Below, in pieces: positions 1 through 8,342 of a stretch of 48,786 nucleotides of DNA; position 1 is the stretch's first letter; each line of letters begins with the position of its first letter. The notes under the pieces are model-generated. The model searched no databases and was not told the origin of the DNA. It saw nothing but the letters and a program-made list of their open reading frames with translations. The translations under genes and the position numbers were made by a program. This DNA comes from a virus (Duplodnaviria; Caudoviricetes): IMG/VR virus record IMGVR_UViG_3300040971_000368, positions 1-48,786 of that record, one strand, 5' to 3'.

Positions 1-26
1 CTTCTTTCTCTTACTGAATTCCCTCC

Positions 27-55
27 TTGACATTCTCACCCTGAACGATTAGAAT
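27..55 (+). promoter_or_regulatory. sigma70-type promoter of tRNA-Phe
   Basis: TTGACA (27-32), 17-bp spacer, TAGAAT (50-55), ending 12 nt before the tRNA. Confidence 0.85.
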
Positions 56-67
56 ATCCGAACTCAA

Positions 68-140
68 GCCGAGTTAGCTCAGTTGGTAGAGCACACGACT
101 GAAAATTGTGGTGTCCACAGTTCGATTCTGTGACTCGGCA
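68..140 (+). tRNA. tRNA-Phe (GAA), probable integration target
   Basis: Cloverleaf: acceptor GCCGAGT/ACTCGGC, D arm AGCTCAGTTGGTAGAGC, anticodon arm CACGA-CTGAAAA-TTGTG, T arm CACAG-TTCGATT-CTGTG; CCA not encoded. Confidence 0.97.
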
Positions 141-167
141 CACCTGGGGGTAAAATCCCCAAACAGC

Positions 168-205
168 GCCTCTCGAACCCTATATATGGTGGTCGGGAGG
201 TTTTT
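168..205 (+). terminator. Intrinsic terminator between tRNA and integrase
   Basis: GCCTCTCGA...TCGGGAGGT stem followed by a T tract. Confidence 0.65.
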
Positions 206-210
206 GTTTT

Positions 211-1131
211 ATGAGGCATAATCACACAACTCAAATAATTCCTGAAAAAATCCTGGATGCTTTGAAAAGCTATTTGTTGGCTATTTCTTCTTCCAATCAG
301 TGCAAACCCCACACTATCGAGGTTTATAAACACTGTATTGATAAGTTCGTTGTTTTTCTGAAAACTAACGGCATTCACCTAATGGAAGAAATTACAACAG
401 ATGATTTCAGGTTGTTTTTCTCTGAGTTACAAAATGACCATAATGAGGGCGGCGTGCATCATTATTTCAGGGCAATAAAGGCATTTGTCCGTTGGTATTG
501 GGATGAATACGAATTAGAAACCAGGAACCCGATTGACAAAGTAAAAGTGAAACCTCCACGAGTAAAACCGCGGCCAGGCATCCCTATAGAACACCTTGAA
601 AAAATGATTGGGGCATGTAAAACAGAGAACAGACTTAGGGATAAGGCTATGTTGCTCTGTTTATTGGATTCCGCGGCTCGCGCCACTGAGTTTTGTGATT
701 TACGTTTATCAGATGTAGATTTGGCTACTGGAAGAGTATTTATCAAGGCCGGCAAGGGCGACAAGTCCAGGCATGTCCGCTTTGGGGACAGGGCTTTGAG
801 ATCACTCAGGAAATATCTCAAAACACGAGAATACCTGAATGCAAATTCAGCCCTTTTTGTCACTGATGAAGGCGATAAATTCAACAGGTTTTCTTTAAGG
901 CTGCTAACTTATAGGAGAGCTGAAAATGCCGGCGTTCCGCATCCTGGGTTGCATGACTTTCGCAGACGTTGCGCTTATGAAATGCTAAAAAAAGGGGTAT
1001 CAACAAAAATGATTTCTGAATACCTGGGACATTCTTCTGTTGTTGTGACTGAGCGGTATCTTGAAGTAAAGGATGATGACTTGATGGAAGCACACAGACT
1101 GGCTTCACCATCAGACTTTTTGAAGATTTGA
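211..1131 (+). CDS. int: Tyrosine recombinase / phage integrase
   Basis: SAM-like N-terminal domain; catalytic R (SAARATE), K (GKGDK), HDFRR, LGHS, Y (TERY). Confidence 0.95.
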   Translation: MRHNHTTQIIPEKILDALKSYLLAISSSNQCKPHTIEVYKHCIDKFVVFLKTNGIHLMEEITTDDFRLFFSELQNDHNEGGVHHYFRAIKAFVRWYWDEYELETRNPIDKVKVKPPRVKPRPGIPIEHLEKMIGACKTENRLRDKAMLLCLLDSAARATEFCDLRLSDVDLATGRVFIKAGKGDKSRHVRFGDRALRSLRKYLKTREYLNANSALFVTDEGDKFNRFSLRLLTYRRAENAGVPHPGLHDFRRRCAYEMLKKGVSTKMISEYLGHSSVVVTERYLEVKDDDLMEAHRLASPSDFLKI

Positions 1132-1137
1132 ACCGGA

Positions 1138-1165
1138 TTGAACATGAATCCAATTCTGCTATAAT
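1138..1165 (+). promoter_or_regulatory. Putative late promoter
   Basis: TTGAAC (1138-1143), 16 bp, extended -10 TGcTATAAT (1157-1165). Confidence 0.7.
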
Positions 1166-1224
1166 GTAAATTAAATAATATTGTGTGCTGCACTGCTGTA
1201 CTTGGGTGGTGGCACCAGGAGATG

Positions 1225-1272
1225 AGCGCCCTGGCAGTCCTTAATTGGATTGTCAGGGCGCTTTTTTGTTTT
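1225..1272 (+). terminator. Strong intrinsic terminator in the leader of the lysis/packaging operon
   Basis: AGCGCCCTGGCAGTCC-TTAATT-GGATTGTCAGGGCGCT followed by a T-rich tract. Confidence 0.85.
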
Positions 1273-1288
1273 CAGAAAGGTGGTTGTG

Positions 1289-1681
1289 ATGAAAGATTTG
1301 CTTACTTCCAGAAAGTTCTGGACCTCAATGCTTCTGTTGCTTGTGGTGATCGTATCTGTTTTTAATCCGGCATTTGACCTGGACACGGATCAAGCCGCCG
1401 GTCTGATGGTAATTGCCATCAGTTATATTGTCGGCGTGGCTGTAGACCCAGGCCCTGGGGGATGGCGCGGGGTTTTGCAGAGCCGCAAATTCTGGGCTGC
1501 TGCTATAGGCTTCACGGTAATGATTTTAGACGGATTCGGAATTCTTCTTCCTTCGGGGCTTGAGCCTGAGGCATTGATTACTATTGCCTTGATTATCGGT
1601 GGATTTATTTCTGGTACTGCTCTTGAAAAACCCAAACTTACAGCATCGCAGTATAAGGCTTACATCAGGGGAGAAGATTGA
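1289..1681 (+). CDS. Holin-like membrane protein with tandem SRKFW units
   Basis: Start reassigned to ATG 1289 after GAAAGGTGG; two SRKFW + 2-TM repeats; upstream of endolysin. Confidence 0.7.
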   Translation: MKDLLTSRKFWTSMLLLLVVIVSVFNPAFDLDTDQAAGLMVIAISYIVGVAVDPGPGGWRGVLQSRKFWAAAIGFTVMILDGFGILLPSGLEPEALITIALIIGGFISGTALEKPKLTASQYKAYIRGED

Positions 1682-2196
1682 CGATGACAGAAACAGGACT
1701 ATTGGGAGCAATACCAAGTTTTACTTGGTTGCAGTGGGGTGGCCTAATCCTGGTGATGGGTTTTGTCGTTTTGCTTTTGCGCTGGTTTGGTGGATTGGTG
1801 AAAACCGCATTGGAAGAGTTCAAGCAATATCGCGCTGAAAAGAACAAAGAGATTGAGGAACAACGAACATGGCAGGAAGCGCAGGGCAATAAACGAGATG
1901 CAATGTCCGAGGCTCAACTCACAACAATGATGCGGTTTCAAACCGATTTGACCGCGAAAACTCATGATTTTATGAGCGGTCTGCAAAAAGAGCAGCAGAG
2001 GGCGTTTGACATTCTTAATCAAAGTATCCAGGTGGTCAACCAAAACATTCAACTTTCTGACAAAAAGCTAGACATGCTTTTACAGGATATCAGCAAGCAT
2101 GATGAATTCTCTCGTAAAGCGATTGAGGCAGTTAGGCACGAAAACAAAGAGTTTCACCCACCGGGGCAGCCTACGACAAAAAGGAACAGAACATGA
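1678..2196 (+). CDS. Single-TM coiled-coil lysis-cassette protein
   Basis: N-terminal hydrophobic helix, long coiled coil, sits between holin and lysin with 4-bp overlaps. Confidence 0.55.
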   Translation: MTMTETGLLGAIPSFTWLQWGGLILVMGFVVLLLRWFGGLVKTALEEFKQYRAEKNKEIEEQRTWQEAQGNKRDAMSEAQLTTMMRFQTDLTAKTHDFMSGLQKEQQRAFDILNQSIQVVNQNIQLSDKKLDMLLQDISKHDEFSRKAIEAVRHENKEFHPPGQPTTKRNRT

Positions 2197-3155
2197 CGAT
2201 TCCTGACGGTTATAAACTTGTCCTTGACGCTTCATACTACCAACAGGCTTTTGATTTTGATAAGCTCAAGCCCTGGGTGAGCGGGTTTATTTTCAGGTCA
2301 CTTTTTGGGATATGGAAGGACCCGAAGTTTCGTGAGCATACTGCCCGGGCTTTGGATGCTGGTTATGATAACCTGGCTACTTATGCGTGGATGAGGCCGG
2401 ATGAAAGTATCAAACTGCAATTGGAGCGGTTGGCTGAGCAGTTGTACGGTACACCGGTTGATGTTGTGGCTGTTGATGTTGAGCAGCATGGCCGGACTTA
2501 CGTTAACCTGCCACCTTTTTACTCTCCGGAAAGGTTGTCTGATCTGACGTGGCAGTATGTTTCAGGTCTTACAACAATGGGTTTTCAGCCGGTTATTTAC
2601 AGCCGAACAACCTGGATCGATGCGCACGCAAAGCCACTATGGAACTGGATGTTTCGTTATCCTGTTTGGATGGCTTCTTATCCATTCGCCAATGGACGGA
2701 TTGCATTGACATGGAAAAACCTGATTGAACGCTATGCTCCAAAGACCTTCGCTCCTTACATGCCTAAGAACTGGGATTTTGGTAAAGGCAAGGCGTCGGT
2801 ATGGCAGTGGTCTGGGGATAAGTTTCTACTTCCGGGGATTTATAAGAACGAAGCAAAAACTGCCGGTATCGCCGTAGACCTGAATTATGTATCCGATACT
2901 TTTGCTGACATGATGAAAATTGGAAGTTTTGTTCCACCTTTACCAGAACCTGAGCATGAAACATGGCTTTGCCTTGCTCCACTGGGCATGAAGGTGAGAC
3001 AAACTCCATATGCTTCAGGCGTAGACACTACCATCCGAATCCGGTTCAATGAGCAATTTAAGGTGTTTTGGAAAGTTCAGAGTGACGGGTATCTCTGGGG
3101 CAAACTTGGCGAAGAAAGATGGACGGCGCTCAGTTGGTCAAAAAAGATCAAGTAG
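2193..3155 (+). CDS. Endolysin, GH25 muramidase with C-terminal SH3-like domain
   Basis: LDASYYQ, AVDVE, PVIYS, WMASY, WQWS, VDLN motifs; Pro linker then SH3b-like tail. Confidence 0.85.
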   Translation: MTIPDGYKLVLDASYYQQAFDFDKLKPWVSGFIFRSLFGIWKDPKFREHTARALDAGYDNLATYAWMRPDESIKLQLERLAEQLYGTPVDVVAVDVEQHGRTYVNLPPFYSPERLSDLTWQYVSGLTTMGFQPVIYSRTTWIDAHAKPLWNWMFRYPVWMASYPFANGRIALTWKNLIERYAPKTFAPYMPKNWDFGKGKASVWQWSGDKFLLPGIYKNEAKTAGIAVDLNYVSDTFADMMKIGSFVPPLPEPEHETWLCLAPLGMKVRQTPYASGVDTTIRIRFNEQFKVFWKVQSDGYLWGKLGEERWTALSWSKKIK

Positions 3156-3161
3156 TTTCGT

Positions 3162-3938
3162 ATGGCAAAACTGCGTGAAAGTAAACCTGAATTATGGGAA
3201 CGACAGCCGTGGGAATCCGCGGCTGATTTCCGTTCTTTTCAGTATTACTTGAGGCAAGAGCCTCCCAGATCTGTTGGAAGAGCATACAGAGAATATAGGT
3301 CAGACAAGGGGATAATCGAGGGCGATAATAAACCCGCTCCCGGTACCTGGAGAAATCGCGCTAAAAACCTAAAACATCCTGAGCGTCCTACCTGGTCTGA
3401 TAGAGCTGTTGCCTGGGACAATCACCTTGCCTCTGTTGCTAATGCGGCTGTGGAACGCAAATGGGCTAAAGAAGCGATGAGTAAAACTGAGGTTCTTGGC
3501 CGGCTTGGCGAACAGGCGCGAGTTGATATCAGCATTTTCTTTATCAACAAACTGGTGCCTTATCGCACAAAAGACGGCAACCTGATATTGGACAAAGATA
3601 ACGAACCGATGACGTACGAAACCTGGGATGTCAACTGGGAGAACGTCAAGAAGTACGGTCACTTAGTGAAAAGCATTTCTTCCACTCAGCACGGTCCTAA
3701 GTTGGAGCTATATGACGGTCAGGCTGCTTTGGCACATATTGGCCGGCATCTACAACTATTCACAGACAATATCGACCTGAAGTCAAATGGGCAACCACTT
3801 ACAACTACGGAGAATTTGAACGATGATCAGTTCAGCAGTGCAGTTGGAAACCTCGCGCAAATCGGAATGGCGATTGCAGGCAGAAAAAATATACCTGCAA
3901 CAGCGCCAATCCCTGAGAGCGACGATCCAGAGGGATAA
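3162..3938 (+). CDS. terS: Terminase small subunit
   Basis: WERQP..W..RA.AWD N-terminal region, C-terminal KLELYDGQAALAHIGRHL; directly upstream of TerL. Confidence 0.75.
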   Translation: MAKLRESKPELWERQPWESAADFRSFQYYLRQEPPRSVGRAYREYRSDKGIIEGDNKPAPGTWRNRAKNLKHPERPTWSDRAVAWDNHLASVANAAVERKWAKEAMSKTEVLGRLGEQARVDISIFFINKLVPYRTKDGNLILDKDNEPMTYETWDVNWENVKKYGHLVKSISSTQHGPKLELYDGQAALAHIGRHLQLFTDNIDLKSNGQPLTTTENLNDDQFSSAVGNLAQIGMAIAGRKNIPATAPIPESDDPEG

Positions 3939-4737
3939 AGCAAAAGGAACACTCACACCGGAAACAGTAGCGGCTTATGCTGTTCTAAATATTACCGATG
4001 ATGATGGTTTGCCTATTACACCGGCTGCACACCATTGGTTATGGTTGCAGCTGCTTTGCGATGAACGCATCAAGAAACTGTTGATCATTGCGCCGCCTGA
4101 AAGCGCAAAAACTACGTGGTCTATCAGCGCTTATTTGGGTTGCCGAGTAGGTTTCTGGCCTGAACAATCTATTATTATAGGTTCTGTTTCCGGCCCTGTT
4201 GCTGAAAAACGCAGTATGGCATTGAGAACAATGGTAGAAACTGTTGAATGGCAAAGTACGTTTCCTGGTATATTGCCTGTCAGTGCTCATGACGGTTTAA
4301 AATGGCAAACTGATGAGTGGTCACTGGCACCTAATGGAAAAAAGAGACCTGGCCGTTTACACCCAACAGTGGCGGCACACGGTACCGGTAGCCTAAAAGT
4401 AGACGGTTCGCGCGCCGATCTTGTTATGGCAGACGACCTTCTTAATTTTGAAAACTCAAGATCATCTCACCAGCGTGAAACTGTAGAGGCATGGCTTCAT
4501 AGTTCACTTCTGGCCAGACGTAAATCCAGAATTGGGCGCATCGTTATGATCGGCACTGCATGGCATCATGACGATATCTATTCAAAAGCACGCAAAGAAG
4601 GCGGGTGGGTGGTTTGCCACATACCACTACTTAGTGAAACAGACATGGTATACGCAAATATTTCGTATCCGGATAACTGGCCCTATGAAACCATTGGTGA
4701 ACCGGTTGGAACCGCTAATGTTGGTGCAACATTATGA
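3823..4737 (+). CDS. terL: Terminase large subunit, ATPase half
   Basis: Walker A-like IIAPPESAKTT, Walker B ADLVMADD, coupling motif IGTAWHHDD. Confidence 0.85.
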   Translation: MISSAVQLETSRKSEWRLQAEKIYLQQRQSLRATIQRDKAKGTLTPETVAAYAVLNITDDDGLPITPAAHHWLWLQLLCDERIKKLLIIAPPESAKTTWSISAYLGCRVGFWPEQSIIIGSVSGPVAEKRSMALRTMVETVEWQSTFPGILPVSAHDGLKWQTDEWSLAPNGKKRPGRLHPTVAAHGTGSLKVDGSRADLVMADDLLNFENSRSSHQRETVEAWLHSSLLARRKSRIGRIVMIGTAWHHDDIYSKARKEGGWVVCHIPLLSETDMVYANISYPDNWPYETIGEPVGTANVGATL

Positions 4738-5489
4738 AGAACTACCAATATTTGATACACAGCAACGGACCTGCCCTTTGGCCAGAGCATAAACCTTTAA
4801 CTGAAGTTATGGAGTTGAAAGCAACAACTCCAGAAAACATTTTCGAAGGTACATACCAGGGCAACCCAACACCGCCTTCTGGAACCGTATTTAAACGGGA
4901 ATGGTGGCGAGGCAAAAACAGGTACGAACATTCCGATCAAAGCTTTGTGAATTCCTGTATTGGGCGCTGGATTTCATGGGATACCGGACTGAAGGACAAA
5001 GAGACGAACGCCTATACCGCTGCGGTTGTTGGGGAGTTATGGCGGGATTACCGGCTTGCTGTTCGTGAAGTGTGGAGAGCGCGGCTTCAGTTCCCTGATC
5101 TGCCAGATAAAATAGAAACATTTGCAAAAAAGTACAACGTGGACGGCAAGCTCAGGGGCGTGATTATTGAGGATAAAGCATCCGGTATCAGCGCTTATCA
5201 AACCCTTATGTCTACAGCAGATAAAACTATTAAACCGCTCCTGATAGCTTTTGAGCCATCCGGGGATAAAGTTACACGCGCACAACAAGCCGGCGTGCAT
5301 TGCAATAACGAATCCGTGCTTCTTCCATATCCTGGAAACAGCGCTCCGTGGTTATTTGATTTTGAAGATGAATTATTTGATTTTCCAGGTTCTGCTTTTA
5401 TGGACCAGGTAGATGCTTTCTCTCAAATTATTCTGTATACAGAAAACTTGCTTGCTGCCGGCTATGAAGCCCGTAAAGCAAACGAATAG
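4734..5489 (+). CDS. terL: Terminase large subunit, nuclease half
   Basis: ALWPE...YQGNP, SWDTG, IEDKASG, GDKVTRA, FP...DQVDA RNase H-fold motifs. Confidence 0.85.
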   Translation: MKNYQYLIHSNGPALWPEHKPLTEVMELKATTPENIFEGTYQGNPTPPSGTVFKREWWRGKNRYEHSDQSFVNSCIGRWISWDTGLKDKETNAYTAAVVGELWRDYRLAVREVWRARLQFPDLPDKIETFAKKYNVDGKLRGVIIEDKASGISAYQTLMSTADKTIKPLLIAFEPSGDKVTRAQQAGVHCNNESVLLPYPGNSAPWLFDFEDELFDFPGSAFMDQVDAFSQIILYTENLLAAGYEARKANE

Positions 5490-5498
5490 GAGACCTAC

Positions 5499-6962
5499 AT
5501 GAACAAACTTATCAAAAGAACGGCACCACCCAAGCATGTAATAGACAAGGAATTTTCCATCTCCGAAACATACGCGGCTTTGGAATTTTATTATCACAAC
5601 AACGGTGTTTATGCTCTGCTTCAGCAGGATCTAATGTCAGAAGGATTGTGGACTGAGGGCATGGCCGGCCTGCGTAATCCGTGTCATAGAACCGTGGAGT
5701 TCTATGTTGCGAAACTCTGGCCAGGGCCATTGCCAAAGGCGCTTCCTATTGTTTCAGAAAACACAAGGATTGTTGAACCTATCCAGCAAATTTGGAAATG
5801 GTCTAACTTTGGATCAATGAAGCAAGTTTTCTCCAGGTGGTTTTCCCTGTTTGGCGACGGGTTTATCAAGGTTGCCACTAAAAACGGCACTGATGGATCT
5901 CCTACTCAGGTGTATTACCAAAACATCAAGCCTGGCTATGTTACAGACTTGAAACTTGATGAGCGTAATTATGTAACAAGGATCAGGGTAGACATTCCAC
6001 AGGTAAAGACTGTTGATGGAAGAAATGTGAATTACTACCATACAGAGATTTGGGACAAAGATACCCAGTTGTACAGGCTTTGGGATAATGACAAGGGTCC
6101 GGCTGTTTCAGAGAAAACACTGGATACTCCCAAAGAAACAAAGTCTTTCTCTGAATTCGGTATTGATTTTGTGCCGTTTGTGCATGCTAAATTCCAGGAC
6201 ATCGGAGAAACACGCGGCGCTGGATGCTTTGTTCATGCGCTGGATAAGATTGACGAAGCTAACCGCATGGCTACAAAACTGCACCAGCTGCTTTACCGGT
6301 TCAATGACGTGACCTGGGCTATCTCCGCTGGCGGCAATGATCCATCAGGCAGACCATTACCAGCGCCCAAGCTCGATATGAGTGATTCCAGTAGTAAAGA
6401 CGAATCCACAATGAAAATCGGAACAGGCACCAAAGTAGCCAGGCTTCCCGGAAACAGCACGCTGCAGTCAATGGTGCCTGATTTGCACTACGATGAGGCT
6501 TTGGCTATCCTCAATGCTCATATGCTCGAAGTTGAGCGGGATTTGCCTGAAATGGCTTATTACCGGTTACGTGAACAAGGTACAGAGTTATCCGGTATTG
6601 CCATTCGTTACTTGTTGTCTGATGCTGTTGATAAAGTGCTTGAAGCACGCGGTAACGCAGAAACCGCGTTGGCCAGGGCTGATCAGATGGCGTTGACCAT
6701 TGGTCAAAACCTGGGGATATTCCAAAACATTGGCGATTATGAAAAGGGTGACTTTGAGCATGAATTTTCTGAACGTGAAGTTATTCCGCTCGGTCCGGTT
6801 GAAAAACGGAACATCGCTGCTATGGATGACACCTTAGGTGTTTCCAAGAAAACAATCCTATCAGGCCTGGGGTATGACGCCGACCTTGAGCAAATACAGA
6901 AGAAACAAGAGCAAGACGACTTGGGAGATAGCCTTTTAGACAAGTTTGATAAGGGTCAATAA
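5499..6962 (+). CDS. Portal protein (SPP1 gp6-like)
   Basis: Position after TerL, 487 aa, FG.DFVPFVH and LSGIAI motifs. Confidence 0.85.
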   Translation: MNKLIKRTAPPKHVIDKEFSISETYAALEFYYHNNGVYALLQQDLMSEGLWTEGMAGLRNPCHRTVEFYVAKLWPGPLPKALPIVSENTRIVEPIQQIWKWSNFGSMKQVFSRWFSLFGDGFIKVATKNGTDGSPTQVYYQNIKPGYVTDLKLDERNYVTRIRVDIPQVKTVDGRNVNYYHTEIWDKDTQLYRLWDNDKGPAVSEKTLDTPKETKSFSEFGIDFVPFVHAKFQDIGETRGAGCFVHALDKIDEANRMATKLHQLLYRFNDVTWAISAGGNDPSGRPLPAPKLDMSDSSSKDESTMKIGTGTKVARLPGNSTLQSMVPDLHYDEALAILNAHMLEVERDLPEMAYYRLREQGTELSGIAIRYLLSDAVDKVLEARGNAETALARADQMALTIGQNLGIFQNIGDYEKGDFEHEFSEREVIPLGPVEKRNIAAMDDTLGVSKKTILSGLGYDADLEQIQKKQEQDDLGDSLLDKFDKGQ

Positions 6963-8032
6963 TGCCGGATAACAGCAATCTTTACAGAACAGCTTCCAGG
7001 TTTCGCTTAGATGTTTTGATGCGTGAGCGCAAAGCGGCCAGCGAGATGGTGCGCTATTTTGGCGGCATCTGGACTGAGATTGACAAGAAAATAAAAGACC
7101 TTGTTACTGCTTACTATGCTGATCCGAATGTTTCTGATACGTGGCTTTATCAATACGATAGATTGGCTGTGCTCCGGGCACAAACAGAAGAACAGATCAG
7201 GGCGTTTTCAAACTTTGCTGATACCAGTATCCGTACTGAACAATTGCACCTGGTTGACCAGGCACAACGACATTCAGAAACACTGATCAGATTAGGATTA
7301 GGTACTCCCCCCCCAGGTGCAAACTTAGTATTCAACAGGCTTCCTGTAGATGCGCTCACAGACCTTATCGGGTTTTTACAAGATGGCAGTTCTCTTCGAG
7401 ATTTGCTAAATGAACTTGTTGGAGAAACCGGCGAAGCAGTCGCTAATGGGCTGGTACAAGGCCTGGCTTTGGGACAGGGTCCAAGACAAATAGCACGCAG
7501 AATTAGAAAAGACATGGGCAACTCTATGACACGTGCGTTACGGATTGCCCGTACTGAGCAGTTGCGCGCTTATCGCGAAAGCACGCATAGAAGCTTCAGG
7601 GCTAATTCTGACGTTCTGCATGGTTGGATCTGGATGTCTGCCAGGAATGAAAGAACCTGTGCTGCGTGCTGGGCTCTTCATGGTTCGAAACACAGCCTGG
7701 ATGAGAGGCAAGATGAACACATCGCGGGCCGGTGCAGTCAGCTACCCTGGGTAAAGACGTGGGCAGAGTTGGGCTTTGATGGCATTGGCGAAAGCATGGG
7801 AGAAATTGAAGATGGTGTGACCGCTTTTGGAAAGCTAACCGAACACCAGCAATTGGCAGTTCTTGGGCCGGCAAAATATGTTGCGTTTCGTGAAGGAATC
7901 ATCAAGCTTCCTGAACTGGTAGGACGCAGACGCTCTAAGCGGTGGGGAACCATGCGCTATGAGAAGTCACTGAAAGAATTGGACCTGGATGTATCCGATC
8001 TTTTGAGAATGTACAGGGAGATATCTTTATGA
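6962..8032 (+). CDS. Head morphogenesis protein (SPP1 gp7 / Mu F-like)
   Basis: RIARTEQLRAY, W.W.SARNERTC..C..LHG, H..GRC motifs. Confidence 0.85.
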   Translation: MPDNSNLYRTASRFRLDVLMRERKAASEMVRYFGGIWTEIDKKIKDLVTAYYADPNVSDTWLYQYDRLAVLRAQTEEQIRAFSNFADTSIRTEQLHLVDQAQRHSETLIRLGLGTPPPGANLVFNRLPVDALTDLIGFLQDGSSLRDLLNELVGETGEAVANGLVQGLALGQGPRQIARRIRKDMGNSMTRALRIARTEQLRAYRESTHRSFRANSDVLHGWIWMSARNERTCAACWALHGSKHSLDERQDEHIAGRCSQLPWVKTWAELGFDGIGESMGEIEDGVTAFGKLTEHQQLAVLGPAKYVAFREGIIKLPELVGRRRSKRWGTMRYEKSLKELDLDVSDLLRMYREISL

Positions 8033-8259
8033 GTTTTGTTGACGTCAGAGACCCTTATACCAAGAAGCTGCTTTTCCGGTACGACCCTGTGCGCAACCTG
8101 GTTGAGATACAAGAGCGCAAAGTTAGAAGAATTGTTGATTTGTGCCAATATCAATCCGGGTTGAAATCCGTTAAAAATGCTGTTATAGTAGAACAGACAA
8201 CAGAACAGCCGCAAGGCACGGAGAGCGTCTTCAAGAACGCCATGAGTGAGCGCAGTTAG
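8029..8259 (+). CDS. Small protein with Com-like pattern lacking Zn cysteines
   Basis: DVRDPYTKKLLFRY...VEIQ.RK resembles Mu Com-type IRCxxCxKLL...IEIxC with the Cys replaced; ATGA overlap with upstream gene. Confidence 0.45.
   Translation: MSFVDVRDPYTKKLLFRYDPVRNLVEIQERKVRRIVDLCQYQSGLKSVKNAVIVEQTTEQPQGTESVFKNAMSERS
8161..8189 (+). promoter_or_regulatory. Putative promoter for the scaffold/capsid operon
   Basis: TTGAAA, 17 bp, TATAGT with extended TG. Confidence 0.6.
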
Positions 8260-8283
8260 CGCCATTTGTGGCGTTTTTTTGTT
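8236..8283 (+). terminator. Intrinsic terminator upstream of the scaffold gene
   Basis: AACGCCATGAGTG...CATTTGTGGCGTT outer stem, inner GCGC/GCGC stem, T tract. Confidence 0.8.
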
Positions 8284-8342
8284 AATCTAATCCCCAAATA
8301 CGGAAACTGAAAGCCGGCAAACTCAGGTACTAGGAGATTGAA

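Noticed and set aside
79-378. 99-aa minus-strand ORF
   Set aside because: Overlaps the tRNA and integrase; no motifs
4680-4740. Programmed frameshift or intein/intron explaining the TerL split
   Set aside because: Stop at 4716 in the downstream frame, no slippery heptamer and no intervening element
8301-8326. Possible H-type pseudoknot before the scaffold RBS (CGG/CCG, CTGA/TCAG)
   Set aside because: Stems of only 3-4 bp; unsupported without covariation data
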